Below are positions 29,405 to 39,064 of a stretch of DNA of 64,000 nucleotides, one piece after another; position 1 is the stretch's first letter, and each line of letters opens with the position of its first letter. The DNA is taken from the NCBI GenBank assembly GCA_049976425.1, contig JBMFIG010000001.1:64001-128000 (forward strand). The letters run 5' to 3'. Under the pieces are notes generated by a model. It was not told the origin of the DNA and ran no database searches. It was given only the letters and a program-made list of their open reading frames with translations. A program made the translations under genes and the position numbers. Source of the DNA: Thermoproteus sp. (lineage in GTDB: Archaea > Thermoproteota > Thermoprotei > Thermoproteales > Thermoproteaceae).

Positions 29405-30403
29405 ATGTATATAACGGTGAATCCTAGAAGGATTCTAGCAGGCGTAGCCATATCAGTAGTAGCCATATCGGTATTGTTAATACTGTTGAATGTCTGGGCG
29501 AAACAACTGGTACAGTACTCAGCAAGCCAGGCCGCAGACTACTACGCAACCGAGTCCTTCTACGGCGATGTGAGGTTCAACAATATAACTGAGGCTCAGA
29601 GATATCTAGGCAACTTCGTGAGCAGTATGGGGAATTTCCTAGCATCTAGGGCGACAGCTATGCTTGCTCGAAGCAACGTGCACTACCTCAGTAGATCAGC
29701 TCTGCGGGGCACTCCGCTGGAGGCTCTCGTCAACCGCACGGTCGCGGTCGTGGAAGGCGGCGGGCACTTGTACGCGGTTGTGTTGCCCAGAGGAGCCCCG
29801 CAACCTGCATCCAGCTTCGAGGTGTATGATGTGGCCACTGGACGCGAAGTGCCCTCCAGGACGGTAGTAGTTGCGTCGGCAGACAGCGAATACCACATAC
29901 CGCTCGATAGGAACGCGACGGAGGTTATGAAGGCCGGGGGCAGGGTGTATAAGGTAGTCATAGAGACGGCGCAACCGCTGGATGCGGTAGTGCTCTACAG
30001 CTATTATGGAGTATCGTGGTACTGGCTCGGCGCATGGGCGGCGTCGACATACGCCGCTGGGTACTTCTCCGTGAATCTAGGACAGGGAGTCGCGGACGTC
30101 CTCCCCGCCGGCTGGGTCGATACAAATTACAACGTTACAGTATGTCAGACAAACGCGCCGGGCACTACGTACTATTCATCGTCTCACCGCTACGTAGCGG
30201 TGCAGACAACATCGGTGCACGCAAACTATTACTGCCCCGGTAGCACGGCGTTAGTAAGCTACCCATGGATAGCTATAGATGGAGTCACGGGCCAGTGGAT
30301 TTACCCCACAGGTTTACCTGGCTATAAGTCCTGGAGCCCTACCTACTGCGTATGTGGCAATATACAAATAACGCTACCTCCTCCATCGCTACCGGAGGGC
30401 TGA
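29405..30403 (+). CDS. Secreted hypothetical protein with Cys-containing beta-rich C-terminal domain
   Basis: N-terminal TM/signal, aromatic-rich C-terminus with 4 Cys, atypical codon usage. Confidence 0.65.
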   Translation: MYITVNPRRILAGVAISVVAISVLLILLNVWAKQLVQYSASQAADYYATESFYGDVRFNNITEAQRYLGNFVSSMGNFLASRATAMLARSNVHYLSRSALRGTPLEALVNRTVAVVEGGGHLYAVVLPRGAPQPASSFEVYDVATGREVPSRTVVVASADSEYHIPLDRNATEVMKAGGRVYKVVIETAQPLDAVVLYSYYGVSWYWLGAWAASTYAAGYFSVNLGQGVADVLPAGWVDTNYNVTVCQTNAPGTTYYSSSHRYVAVQTTSVHANYYCPGSTALVSYPWIAIDGVTGQWIYPTGLPGYKSWSPTYCVCGNIQITLPPPSLPEG

Positions 30404-30436
30404 TTCCCCTACAGATACCGATTTTCCTGTTCTCAA

Positions 30437-31192
30437 CTACTCTATTGGTATCTCGATCTCCTTAGTCGCAGACATGGCCATCAGTAGCTCCCTCACAGTG
30501 ATGTCGGGCCTGGCCCTCAGCAGAGATACAGCCGCCTTGGTTCTCTCTGGGCAGTAGGCCGCGGCGATCTCCTCGGCGTCCTCTTCGGCCAACACATCGG
30601 GTAGCTGGACGGATACGGCGGTCAGTATATTGCCCAGCGGCGGGATCTTCGACGCGAGCTTCTCGTAGACCTCGGGCAGGAACGACACCACGAATCCGGC
30701 CCTATCGAGGCCCATGTTCCTTATCCTGTGGAGGGCCGAGGCGGCTTGGAAGAACTGCGGGTCCTCCGGGCTCGGCATCCACTCGTCTAAGGCCACCACA
30801 ACTCTGCCGGGGGCTAGATCCAACGCCGCGGAGAGAGTCCACGAGGGGTCTCCTTGGGCCAACGAGAGGAGTCCCTGGAAGCCGTACCGCCTGTACACAT
30901 CGACCACCTTAGACCGGGCTGTGGACCTCGCCGCGAGCCTCCAAGCTACGACCGCCGCCATGTAGGCCAGACTCCTCTCTGGGAACTCCGTGGCGTCTAT
31001 GTATATGCAGTCCGTCCTCTCGCAGAGGGCGTACAGAACCTGTGTCTTGCCCATCCCGGCTCTCCCTATCAGCGCAGACAACGGGTATCTGGAGGCGAGC
31101 TCGGCGAGCTCTTCGAGGGCTTGTATCCACCGCCTGCCCGCCAGCTTCGCGTCGCGCTTGGCGACCGGCCAGGACGGTATAGCGCACGACAC
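30437..31192 (-). CDS. P-loop NTPase (AAA-like) of unknown function
   Basis: Walker A GRAGMGKT, Walker B VVVALDE. Confidence 0.75.
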   Translation of the reverse strand: MSCAIPSWPVAKRDAKLAGRRWIQALEELAELASRYPLSALIGRAGMGKTQVLYALCERTDCIYIDATEFPERSLAYMAAVVAWRLAARSTARSKVVDVYRRYGFQGLLSLAQGDPSWTLSAALDLAPGRVVVALDEWMPSPEDPQFFQAASALHRIRNMGLDRAGFVVSFLPEVYEKLASKIPPLGNILTAVSVQLPDVLAEEDAEEIAAAYCPERTKAAVSLLRARPDITVRELLMAMSATKEIEIPIE

Positions 31193-31239
31193 GTAACGTC
31201 CAGCGAGGCCGTAATTAAAGGAGATAGGTAATACCCTTC

Positions 31240-31728
31240 CTATACCCCTGTCTTCTTTATGTAGCCGTAGCCTCTGCCGTTTACGTAAACCTTTTCGTCC
31301 CCTCCCTCAAGCAGTACATACTTCCCACGCCGCTCCGCCAAAAGCCGGGCCAGCCTCTCGACGAACTCGGCCTCGGAGAGCCCCAGTTTGCTCGTGACGA
31401 AGTCCTTCACGGCCTTCAGAGGCGCGTAGCCTGTCGGGCCCGCCGAGTGTTTTATGGCGATGTCCAAGACTTGGTCGAAATCGGCGCCCTCAGCGCGCCG
31501 GCCCTCCAGCCGCGAGACCCTCTCCTCTAGCTCCAGCAACTTGCTCAAGACAAGGCTCCACCCGTCCTCGATGACGTACCTCACGCCTCTCCCCGCTTGT
31601 TCGGGCCTAGCGCCCAGTCTCGCCGCCAGCTCGTCCGCGGCGAGGCCCATCCTCCTCGCCGCCCTTTCGAGATCGCTCCGCCTGATATAGATCTTGCCCC
31701 CCTCCGTCAGCCCAACGGCTAGCTCCAC
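31240..31728 (-). CDS. Hypothetical protein: short coiled coil plus C-terminal winged-helix-like domain
   Basis: LLELEERVSRLE coil; GYAPLKAVKDFV..KLGLSEAEF helices then a beta wing. Confidence 0.55.
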   Translation of the reverse strand: MELAVGLTEGGKIYIRRSDLERAARRMGLAADELAARLGARPEQAGRGVRYVIEDGWSLVLSKLLELEERVSRLEGRRAEGADFDQVLDIAIKHSAGPTGYAPLKAVKDFVTSKLGLSEAEFVERLARLLAERRGKYVLLEGGDEKVYVNGRGYGYIKKTGV

Positions 31729-31800
31729 GCGATGTCGAGACGCCGAGTTAAAAATGCCATGGGTCAGATAAAGGTTATTACCCGATGAGCTTCTGCCGAA

Positions 31801-32460
31801 ATGCCTGATGTGCGAATCGTGGAGAGAGTCGCCGAATTCGTCAAGCTGAGGGAGGACGAGTTCGTCGCGCCTGTGTTGCGACGCGCCGGCGTCGACGTCT
31901 TCGAGTTGCTGGTGGCCGTGGTACTGACGCAGAACACCTCAGACAGGAACGCGTTCCGCGCATATTACAACCTCAAGAACGCTGTGGGGCGGATAACCCC
32001 GCAGGCCCTGCTCTCGCTGGGCGAGGAAAGGCTTGCGGAGCTCATAAGGCCTGCGGGGATGCATAGAGTCAGGGCCAGGAAGCTGATAGAGCTCTCCAGA
32101 TCGCTCTCCGGCGTGGATTTGTCCAGGATAGCGGATATGGACGTGGGGGAGGCCCGGCGCTTCCTGACGTCGTTGCCGGGAGTCGGCGAGAAGACGGCCG
32201 ACGTCGTGTTGGCCAACCTGGGCAAGCCCGCGTTCCCCGTGGACACCCACATAGCCAGGATCGCGCGGCGTTGGGGCATAGGTAAGAGATACGGCGAGAT
32301 AAGCAGGTGGTTCATGGAGCGTCTGCCCCCCGAGAGGTACCTCGAGGTCCACCTTAAGCTCATACAGTTCGGCCGGGACTACTGCAAGGCCAGATCGCCG
32401 CGTTGCAGGGAGTGCCCCGTGAGCGATCTCTGCCCCTGGCCGGGCAAGCCTACCGCTTGA
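31801..32460 (+). CDS. nth: Endonuclease III (HhH-GPD, 4Fe-4S)
   Basis: LTQNT, LPGVGEKTA, FPVDTHI, C-x6-C-x2-C-x5-C. Confidence 0.93.
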   Translation: MPDVRIVERVAEFVKLREDEFVAPVLRRAGVDVFELLVAVVLTQNTSDRNAFRAYYNLKNAVGRITPQALLSLGEERLAELIRPAGMHRVRARKLIELSRSLSGVDLSRIADMDVGEARRFLTSLPGVGEKTADVVLANLGKPAFPVDTHIARIARRWGIGKRYGEISRWFMERLPPERYLEVHLKLIQFGRDYCKARSPRCRECPVSDLCPWPGKPTA

Positions 32461-34333
32461 CCAAAAAGGCCACGGCTTGTTTGGGGCCGAGCTTGAGGCT
32501 TATGGGCTCAGTCCCCTCGACGGAGCCGGAGCCGGCCACCGCCTCGACCGACTTAACCCCATGCGCGACCACGGCCGCCGTCACGGTCTCGTAGGAGTGG
32601 TTAATGGCTATGACCAAGTCGCCGTCCTTACCCTCGAACCTCGACAGCTCCACCCTCGGATCGGTCGAGTAGTAGGGTATGTCCAGACCCGCCATCTGGG
32701 CCAGCGCCGCGTAGATCCTGTGGTATCCTCTCAGCCAGTCCACGTGCTCCATGTAGGCGAGCATCAGCTCGAACGGCATCACCGAGAGTACAGCGCCTTT
32801 TCTCGCCAACACGACGGGCCTATTCTTGTGATCTACCGCTACTATCTCCGCGTCCACGGGCCTTACCGCGTAGGTGTACACCGGCGTGTCGAGGGCGAAC
32901 TCCAACTCCTCGCCGGATCTGATAGGGCCGAAATCCGCGACGAATTTAACCCTGAAGATCCCGCCGTAGCGTATGCCGACGCTCCCGGGCAGAAGGACGT
33001 TCTCTACGCCGAACAGCTCCCGCCAGAGGTGGGTGGCCGCGTCGTGTGTGATAGGAGCGATGTTGCCGAAGCTTCTGAAGAACGAGGCGTATACCAAGCC
33101 GCCCGAGTTGGCTATCTCGTAGGCCAGGCGCCAGGTGGTCGCCAGCGCGGTGGGCGCCGAGGGGAACACGACGAGCCTCTTCCGCTTCAGCCTCTCCCTC
33201 GACAGCTCATATACGGAGGATATGCGGAGGCCCGACATGAAGCCGAGGGTCAGCCCCATCAACGCCGGCTTGAGCCCAGGCTCGTTGCGCCAGCCTTGGT
33301 ACACGAACTCGTAGTCTCTATACATGTAGAACGGGACGACGACCGACGCCTGCGCCTCCGGCCTCTTGAAGCGGTCGCCGAGCCCTACCTCCTCGAGCCT
33401 CTTCAGATCCTGTGAGAACTTCTTGACTACGGTAGCCGCGGGCTTCAGGGTGCCGTCGGCTCTCACGATGCCGAAGCCGAGCTCGAGAAGCCTCCACTCG
33501 TACGGCGGATCGCCCTCCTGGGAGAAGTCGGAGAAGCACCAGATGAAGGCGCCGAAGGCGCCGTGGGCCAGCGCCGACCACAACACGTCGTTTATGAAGT
33601 TGGCGTGTTGCTCCTCCGAGAATTGATATGTGCCGAAGCCGAACTCCTCCAAGAGGACGGGCATATCGCCGTCGTTTGAGAAGAGCTCGACGAGCGCCGG
33701 ATAGAGGTATCCGTGCCGTACGAGGTTCGTATCGTAGCGGTATATGTGCGGCCCGACCCAGTCAACCAGCCCCTTCACGTTAGGCGTCTCCTGGAGATAC
33801 GAGCCGGAGACATCCCCCGAGGAGAAAGGATGCGCCGGGTCCACCGATTTTATGGCGGAGGAGTACGCCCTGAGGAGGCTCAGGGCCTCGTATCTGTTCC
33901 TGGCCGCCTTCACTAGGCTTAGCTCGTTGCTTAGGATCCAGCCGCCGAGAGCCTTGTGGTCCCTAAGCGCCTTGACCACCTCGAGGACAGCCCTCACGCC
34001 CCGCTCGACCGCCTGAGGCGCGTAGATGTCCCAGTCCGGCGCCCACGGTATCGCCCAGTTGCGCCCCGACATGTGGCCGACGATCAGCGTCGGGTAGCCC
34101 AACAGCCCGCGTTCGGCCAACATGTCCATGAAATGCCTCAGCTTGGCGAGCGCCTCGCTCGACACTCCGCCGTAGGGGTCGAAGAAATCCTCGGCGAGTA
34201 TGAAGAACCTCAACGCCCTTATGCCGAGGTCCTTCATCGCGTCTAGGTCCTCCCTTATATCATCGGGGTTCCACTCCTTCCACATCTTTATATTGTGTTT
34301 CCGGGGCCAGTAGTTAACCCCGAGTATAAACAT
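32450..34333 (-). CDS. GH5-like (clan A) glycoside hydrolase, putative beta-mannanase/mannosidase
   Basis: GVNYWP, GHMSGRNW, LSNE (acid/base), LEEFG (nucleophile), WCFSD; ATG at 34333. Confidence 0.85.
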   Translation of the reverse strand: MFILGVNYWPRKHNIKMWKEWNPDDIREDLDAMKDLGIRALRFFILAEDFFDPYGGVSSEALAKLRHFMDMLAERGLLGYPTLIVGHMSGRNWAIPWAPDWDIYAPQAVERGVRAVLEVVKALRDHKALGGWILSNELSLVKAARNRYEALSLLRAYSSAIKSVDPAHPFSSGDVSGSYLQETPNVKGLVDWVGPHIYRYDTNLVRHGYLYPALVELFSNDGDMPVLLEEFGFGTYQFSEEQHANFINDVLWSALAHGAFGAFIWCFSDFSQEGDPPYEWRLLELGFGIVRADGTLKPAATVVKKFSQDLKRLEEVGLGDRFKRPEAQASVVVPFYMYRDYEFVYQGWRNEPGLKPALMGLTLGFMSGLRISSVYELSRERLKRKRLVVFPSAPTALATTWRLAYEIANSGGLVYASFFRSFGNIAPITHDAATHLWRELFGVENVLLPGSVGIRYGGIFRVKFVADFGPIRSGEELEFALDTPVYTYAVRPVDAEIVAVDHKNRPVVLARKGAVLSVMPFELMLAYMEHVDWLRGYHRIYAALAQMAGLDIPYYSTDPRVELSRFEGKDGDLVIAINHSYETVTAAVVAHGVKSVEAVAGSGSVEGTEPISLKLGPKQAVAFLVKR

Positions 34334-34379
34334 GGTTGTTCGGCCGGATGGCAAATATAACAGTTAAAGCGGAAGCTCT

Positions 34380-35528
34380 TTATCGAAATTCCCTAGATTT
34401 ATATCCATATAACTCTCTTATTTTATCTATAGAATCCACGAACTGCTTCTGGGCAGGCGTTATCAAAGGCCCGTAGGACTCGGCTAAAGGTTGCCTCTGC
34501 TCTATATCCAGCCCGTCGGCCAGGTTCAAGATCAAGGAATGCACAGTGGCCAAGCTCACCGGCTCCCTCAGCTTAATCCGCCTCCTCGACTTGATCCACA
34601 ACGGGACTCTGATCAGCTCGTCGTAGAGCCAGTAGCCGTGCCCCAAGGCGCCGCGCTCGCCGAGCATTTGGCCGTGATCCGACACTATCACCACGACGAA
34701 GTCCTTAAGCGCGGCGATTATGGTCCTCAAGATCCTAGAGAGGTAGGAGATCTGCCGGGGATAATGGCGCCTCCACGTGTTGACTATGCCGGGCGGCGCC
34801 CCTCCGCCGACTAAAGCCTTTATGTAGGCCCCTCCCGACCGAGCCCAGTCGGTGGCCGTGTAGGGCTCGTGCGCCTCCATTAGGTTTATGAACAGGAAGA
34901 TGGGCCCCTCGCCGGCAAGCTTCTCGACGAATTTTGAGGCTAGCTTAGCCCCCTTCTCCCTAGGCACGCCGAGGGCGAGCAACTCTATCGATTTGGCCAG
35001 CAACTTCGCCGAGGAGATCGGGCCGTTCTTGAGGAAGGCGTTCAGGACAGTCCTCACGGAGGCCCCCTCCTCGAATATCTCCCTAATCGCCCCAACCTCC
35101 TTCTCGTTTAGCTTGATGCCTCTGTTTAGGTAGCTTGTGCCTATGTCGTAGAATTCGTCGAACTTAAAGCCGAAGTCCTCGTTTATGTAGGGATTCGCCG
35201 ATAGCCCCACAGCCTTGTACCCCAGATCCTTCAAGTAGCCCAAGATCCCGCCGCGCGCACGCGCCATGAAGAAGGCCGCGCGTTCCTTCGTCACGTTTAG
35301 CCAGTTCCACCCAATCCATCTACTGGGCTCGTGCACCTCGTGCTCCGACGGATAGAGCCCGGTGAACATCGACACGTGGGCCGGCAGAGTCCACGGCGCC
35401 GTGGTCCACGCCTCGTATTTCTCGAACCCCCAGCCGGACAGCCAGTCGAGGGGGGTCGAATAGTCCCACCGTAATGTGTCGAGGACTATGAGGGCTATAT
35501 TCTCCACTTGCCCGTCCCCGTGTTGCAT
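34380..35528 (-). CDS. Sulfatase/alkaline-phosphatase superfamily protein
   Basis: LDTLRWD, APWTLPAHVSMFTG, EAHEPY, SDHG, GHG..LYDE. Confidence 0.85.
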   Translation of the reverse strand: MQHGDGQVENIALIVLDTLRWDYSTPLDWLSGWGFEKYEAWTTAPWTLPAHVSMFTGLYPSEHEVHEPSRWIGWNWLNVTKERAAFFMARARGGILGYLKDLGYKAVGLSANPYINEDFGFKFDEFYDIGTSYLNRGIKLNEKEVGAIREIFEEGASVRTVLNAFLKNGPISSAKLLAKSIELLALGVPREKGAKLASKFVEKLAGEGPIFLFINLMEAHEPYTATDWARSGGAYIKALVGGGAPPGIVNTWRRHYPRQISYLSRILRTIIAALKDFVVVIVSDHGQMLGERGALGHGYWLYDELIRVPLWIKSRRRIKLREPVSLATVHSLILNLADGLDIEQRQPLAESYGPLITPAQKQFVDSIDKIRELYGYKSREFR

Positions 35529-35539
35529 TTATATATGTC

Positions 35540-35573
35540 GCTCACCTGTGGTGAGCATGCTTGAGTATACTCA
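35540..35573. promoter_or_regulatory. Two palindromes in the divergent promoter upstream of fba-pfp
   Basis: GCTCAC-N5-GTGAGC (35540-35556) and TGAGTATACTCA (35562-35573). Confidence 0.4.
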
Positions 35574-35633
35574 GACTATTATAAATTAACGATAAGTAAT
35601 GTGATGCTATAAAGGTTAAATACTCGCATTGCC

Positions 35634-36464
35634 ATGCACACTATGCGGACGTACACGTTAACGGACAAGTTCAAGTCCATATTCGCCAGGAGAGGCCACT
35701 CGATAGTGTTGGCATACGACCACGGCATAGAGCACGGCCCTACGGACTTCCTAGACAACCCAGACTCCGTAGATCCGGAGTATATACTGAAGATAGCGCG
35801 CGACGCGGGGTTCGACGGCGTCGTGTTCCAGAGAGGCATAGCCGAGAAGTACTACGACGGGAGCGTGCCGCTGATACTCAAGCTCAACGGCAAGACGTCG
35901 CTCTACAACGGGGCGCCTATATCGGCGCCTAACTGTACTGTCGAGGAGGCGGTGAGCCTCGGCGCGAGCGCGGTGGGCTTCACGATATACGCCGGGAGCG
36001 ACTACGAGTGGAAACAGATAGAGTACCTGGCCCAGATCAAGAAGGACGCCTCGAAATTCGATATACCACTCGTCGTGTGGTCCTACCCGAGAGGGGGCAA
36101 GGTCGACACAAAGTACAACGGCAACGAGCACCACCCCGAGGTCGTGGCGTATGCGGCCAGAATCGCGCTGGAGCTGGGAGCCGACGCCATGAAGATAAAA
36201 TATACTGGAGATCCCAAGACGTTCGCCTGGGCCGTTAGAGCCGCCGGCAGGGTACCGGTGCTCATGTCCGGAGGCCCTAAGACCAAGACAGACGAGGAGT
36301 TCTTGAGGCAGGTGGAGGAGGTCATCAGCGCTGGCGCCTTGGGCGTGGCGGTGGGCAGAAACGTATGGCAGAGGAAGAACGCCGTCGAGTTCGGCAGATT
36401 GTTAGGCCAGATAGTCTACGAGGGCAAGAAAGTCTCCGAGGTGTTGAGAGCGGCGGCGCCATGA
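35634..36464 (+). CDS. fba: Archaeal class I fructose-bisphosphate aldolase
   Basis: AYDHGIEHGP, LKLNGKT, WSYPRG, ELGADAMKIKY, AVGRNVWQ; close to the T. tenax enzyme. Confidence 0.95.
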   Translation: MHTMRTYTLTDKFKSIFARRGHSIVLAYDHGIEHGPTDFLDNPDSVDPEYILKIARDAGFDGVVFQRGIAEKYYDGSVPLILKLNGKTSLYNGAPISAPNCTVEEAVSLGASAVGFTIYAGSDYEWKQIEYLAQIKKDASKFDIPLVVWSYPRGGKVDTKYNGNEHHPEVVAYAARIALELGADAMKIKYTGDPKTFAWAVRAAGRVPVLMSGGPKTKTDEEFLRQVEEVISAGALGVAVGRNVWQRKNAVEFGRLLGQIVYEGKKVSEVLRAAAP

Positions 36465-37471
36465 AGATCGGCGTATTGACCGGCGGAGGCGACGCGCCGG
36501 GCCTCAACATAGCTGTATATACCTTTGTCAAGCTCGCCGAGAGGAAGCACGAGGTCTACGCTATCTTCCACGGCTGGAAGGGCCTCCTCAACAAGGAGGT
36601 CAGGAGGGTAGCGTCTGCGGACCTGCTGGACTTCGCCTTTACGGGAGGCACCTACATAAAGACCTCAAGGACCAACCCGTTCAAGGACGAGGAGCGGGCG
36701 AAGACGTTGGCTAAGAACGTCGAGGAGCTGGGCCTAGACGTCGTTGTGGCTATAGGGGGCGACGACACGTTGGGAGCCGCCGGCGAGGCGCAGAGGCGCG
36801 GGATACTGGATGCGGTCGGGATACCGAAGACTATAGACAACGACGTCTGGGGCACCGACTTCACCATAGGCTTCGACACGGCCGTTAACGAGGCCGTCAA
36901 GGCCGCCGAGAGTTTCAAGACCACGTTGATATCCCACGAGAGGGTCGGCGTAGTGGAGGTGATGGGCAGAGAGGCTGGGTGGATAGCGCTACACACAGGT
37001 CTCGCGACCATGGCCGACTTCGTGTTGATACCTGAGAGAGAGGTAAGCTGGGACTTCGTGGCCGAGCGCGTGAAGAAGGCCTACGAGGCCAAGAGGTGGG
37101 CGCTGGTCGTCGTGTCGGAGGGCATCAAGTCCTACGGAGGACCTGTGGACGAGTTCGGCCACGTAAGGCTCGGCGGGGTCGGCAACGAGCTCGCCGCCTT
37201 CCTCGAGAAGAGGACAGGCCTCGAGACTAGGGCCACGATACCCGGCCACATAATCAGGGGAACCCCGCCGTCCGCCTTCGACAGAGTGCTGGCGGTCAGA
37301 TACGCCACGGCCGCCTACGAGGCCGTGGAGGAGGGCAAGTTCGGCGTCATGACCGCGTATAGGGACGGCGAGATATCATACATCCCCATAACGGAGGTCG
37401 TGGGCAGGAACAAGCTTGTGAACGGGCCCTGGCTCAAGCTCTACGAGACGTATTGGGGTAACTCGGAATAG
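36461..37471 (+). CDS. pfp: Pyrophosphate-dependent phosphofructokinase
   Basis: TGGGDAPGLN, GGDDT (PPi-type), PKTIDND, EVMGR; ATG at 36461 overlaps fba stop. Confidence 0.93.
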   Translation: MKIGVLTGGGDAPGLNIAVYTFVKLAERKHEVYAIFHGWKGLLNKEVRRVASADLLDFAFTGGTYIKTSRTNPFKDEERAKTLAKNVEELGLDVVVAIGGDDTLGAAGEAQRRGILDAVGIPKTIDNDVWGTDFTIGFDTAVNEAVKAAESFKTTLISHERVGVVEVMGREAGWIALHTGLATMADFVLIPEREVSWDFVAERVKKAYEAKRWALVVVSEGIKSYGGPVDEFGHVRLGGVGNELAAFLEKRTGLETRATIPGHIIRGTPPSAFDRVLAVRYATAAYEAVEEGKFGVMTAYRDGEISYIPITEVVGRNKLVNGPWLKLYETYWGNSE

Positions 37472-37657
37472 GTAGAGGATATATTACTAAAGCGTAAAGT
37501 TTTTAAATAGACCTTACAAAGCGTCTTTCGGCGCCGTGCGGCACCGCCTTTGGCAATTAATTTCTACGAGGCAAACGCCCTATCAATAATGCGATCCTCG
37601 CAGAAATACGCCTATTTTTTGTAGTTAAGTTTTTATATTTACTCTTTCTCTAAGCAC

Positions 37658-38134
37658 ATGGCAAGCACCGAGGAATTAAGGCTAACCGATAGACAGGTCC
37701 AGATACTCCAACACCTGCTCCAACGCGCCCAGCCCATGAGGGTCTACACGGTTTACGGCGATCAGGACGAGATAGCCCGCGAGCTGGGCATGACAAGGCA
37801 GGCGCTGGCGATACACCTCAAGCGACTAAAGGAGTTGGGGCTTGTCAGGACAGGCCGCGAGTTCGTCGACGTCACGGAGAAAGCCGTCAAGTTCCTCAAG
37901 GGCCAGAGCAACGACGTCATAGTTCTGGTCAAGGTCGAGCCGAAGTACCGCGACAAGGTCTACGACTTCTCCAAGAAGCTACCCATCGAGAAGGCGCTCA
38001 GGCTAGCTGGCGAGTACGACCTCGCAGTGATAACGCAGGAGACGGTGCTCGACAAGGTCCTCGACTCCCTCAACAACCTAGAGGGCGTAAAAGAGACCAA
38101 GACGTTTATCAGCATAGGCGCTATAAAGGAATAA
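37658..38134 (+). CDS. Lrp/AsnC family transcriptional regulator
   Basis: N-terminal wHTH (QDEIARELGMTRQAL) plus RAM domain (AGEYDL, GVKETKT). Confidence 0.85.
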   Translation: MASTEELRLTDRQVQILQHLLQRAQPMRVYTVYGDQDEIARELGMTRQALAIHLKRLKELGLVRTGREFVDVTEKAVKFLKGQSNDVIVLVKVEPKYRDKVYDFSKKLPIEKALRLAGEYDLAVITQETVLDKVLDSLNNLEGVKETKTFISIGAIKE

Positions 38135-38242
38135 GAGAATTTATAAAATACATAAATTTTCCGCGAGTTTTTCCCATAGAGGCAGAGGATCCGTTGCGCC
38201 TTGTTGTAGCAGTTTAGGTTTTGTCGTACCTAAATGGTCGAC

Positions 38243-38277
38243 GGCAAACCCCGCCCCTAAGGCAGAGGAGAGGCCAG
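38243..38277 (+). mobile_element. Degenerate IS200/IS605- or IS607-type right-end remnant
   Basis: GGCAAACCCCGCCCCTAAGGCAGAGGAGAGGCCAG resembles the GGAACCCxCGCCCTTxAGGGCGGGGAGGAGGTCAG end found after archaeal tnpB; no transposase nearby. Confidence 0.4.
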
Positions 38278-38498
38278 AGTCGGCCCGCCCCATCTATTCG
38301 GCGACTCTCCGTAGTGACCGCCACCTTACATACTGACCCATTAACCGAGCTGGCCCGAGCCACAGATAGAGAGCTAGAGCCGACACCACTAACGTCCTCC
38401 AACCCCGCCAAGGTCGACGACTGCAAGCCGCATTGAGAGAGGAGGGAATAAGCCAACATGGTGTAATGTACCTATATAGGGAAGGAAGAGGTCGTCTC

Positions 38499-38988
38499 AT
38501 GGGCCTGGCCAGGGAATGTCTCTTTCTCGTTCGCCGGCTCTACCACAGCACTTGGTATACTCGCTACGCTGAATTTGCCGCCTTACGTCTCTGTGCCAAC
38601 AGCTCTCCTCTCCCTCTCTGTTGTACTGACCACCTACTTCGCGATCAGGGCAAAGTGGGATGAAAAGGGCTTGCTCAACTTCGTCGAGCCCCTAGGTAAG
38701 GGAGTCTCCAAGGCCTTCCTCGTTACGTGGGTCGTTAGCTACTACCTTTACGTGGTCTATACTTCGGTTTACGCCCCCTGCTACTCGCTAGGGCTAGATG
38801 GGCTTCAAGCCGTGGCGGTAACTCTCCTGGTCTCCGCCTCGGCTTTCTTCGTTACAGAGCTGAAGAACCCGCTCTACGCCTTCCCCACTAGTCCCCCAGC
38901 TAGTCCTGGTCTTGCCGGTAGGCTGGTCATACTCCGAGGGATCTGTATGAATCCCGCAAAGAACAGACCAAGGCGTGGAGGCGTCTAG
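38499..38988 (+). pseudogene. Frameshifted, truncated permease-like membrane protein
   Basis: TATA at about 38473, ATG 38499 MGLARECLFL, frame change in a TC repeat near 38525, then SFAG...GLLNFVE.LGK...WVVSYYLY; degenerates after about 38890. Confidence 0.5.
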
Positions 38989-39064
38989 ACCGGCGAGGCG
39001 CGCCCGACGGCCATTCGCCAGAGCGGCGGAGCAAAGCTTAAAAAGCGATAAAAACATATGTAAA

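Noticed and set aside
31780-31810. CGATGA...CTGA half C/D motif before nth
   Set aside because: Only one box pair, and it overlaps the nth start; insufficient support
32477-33415. 312-aa plus-strand ORF
   Set aside because: Antisense shadow of the glycoside hydrolase
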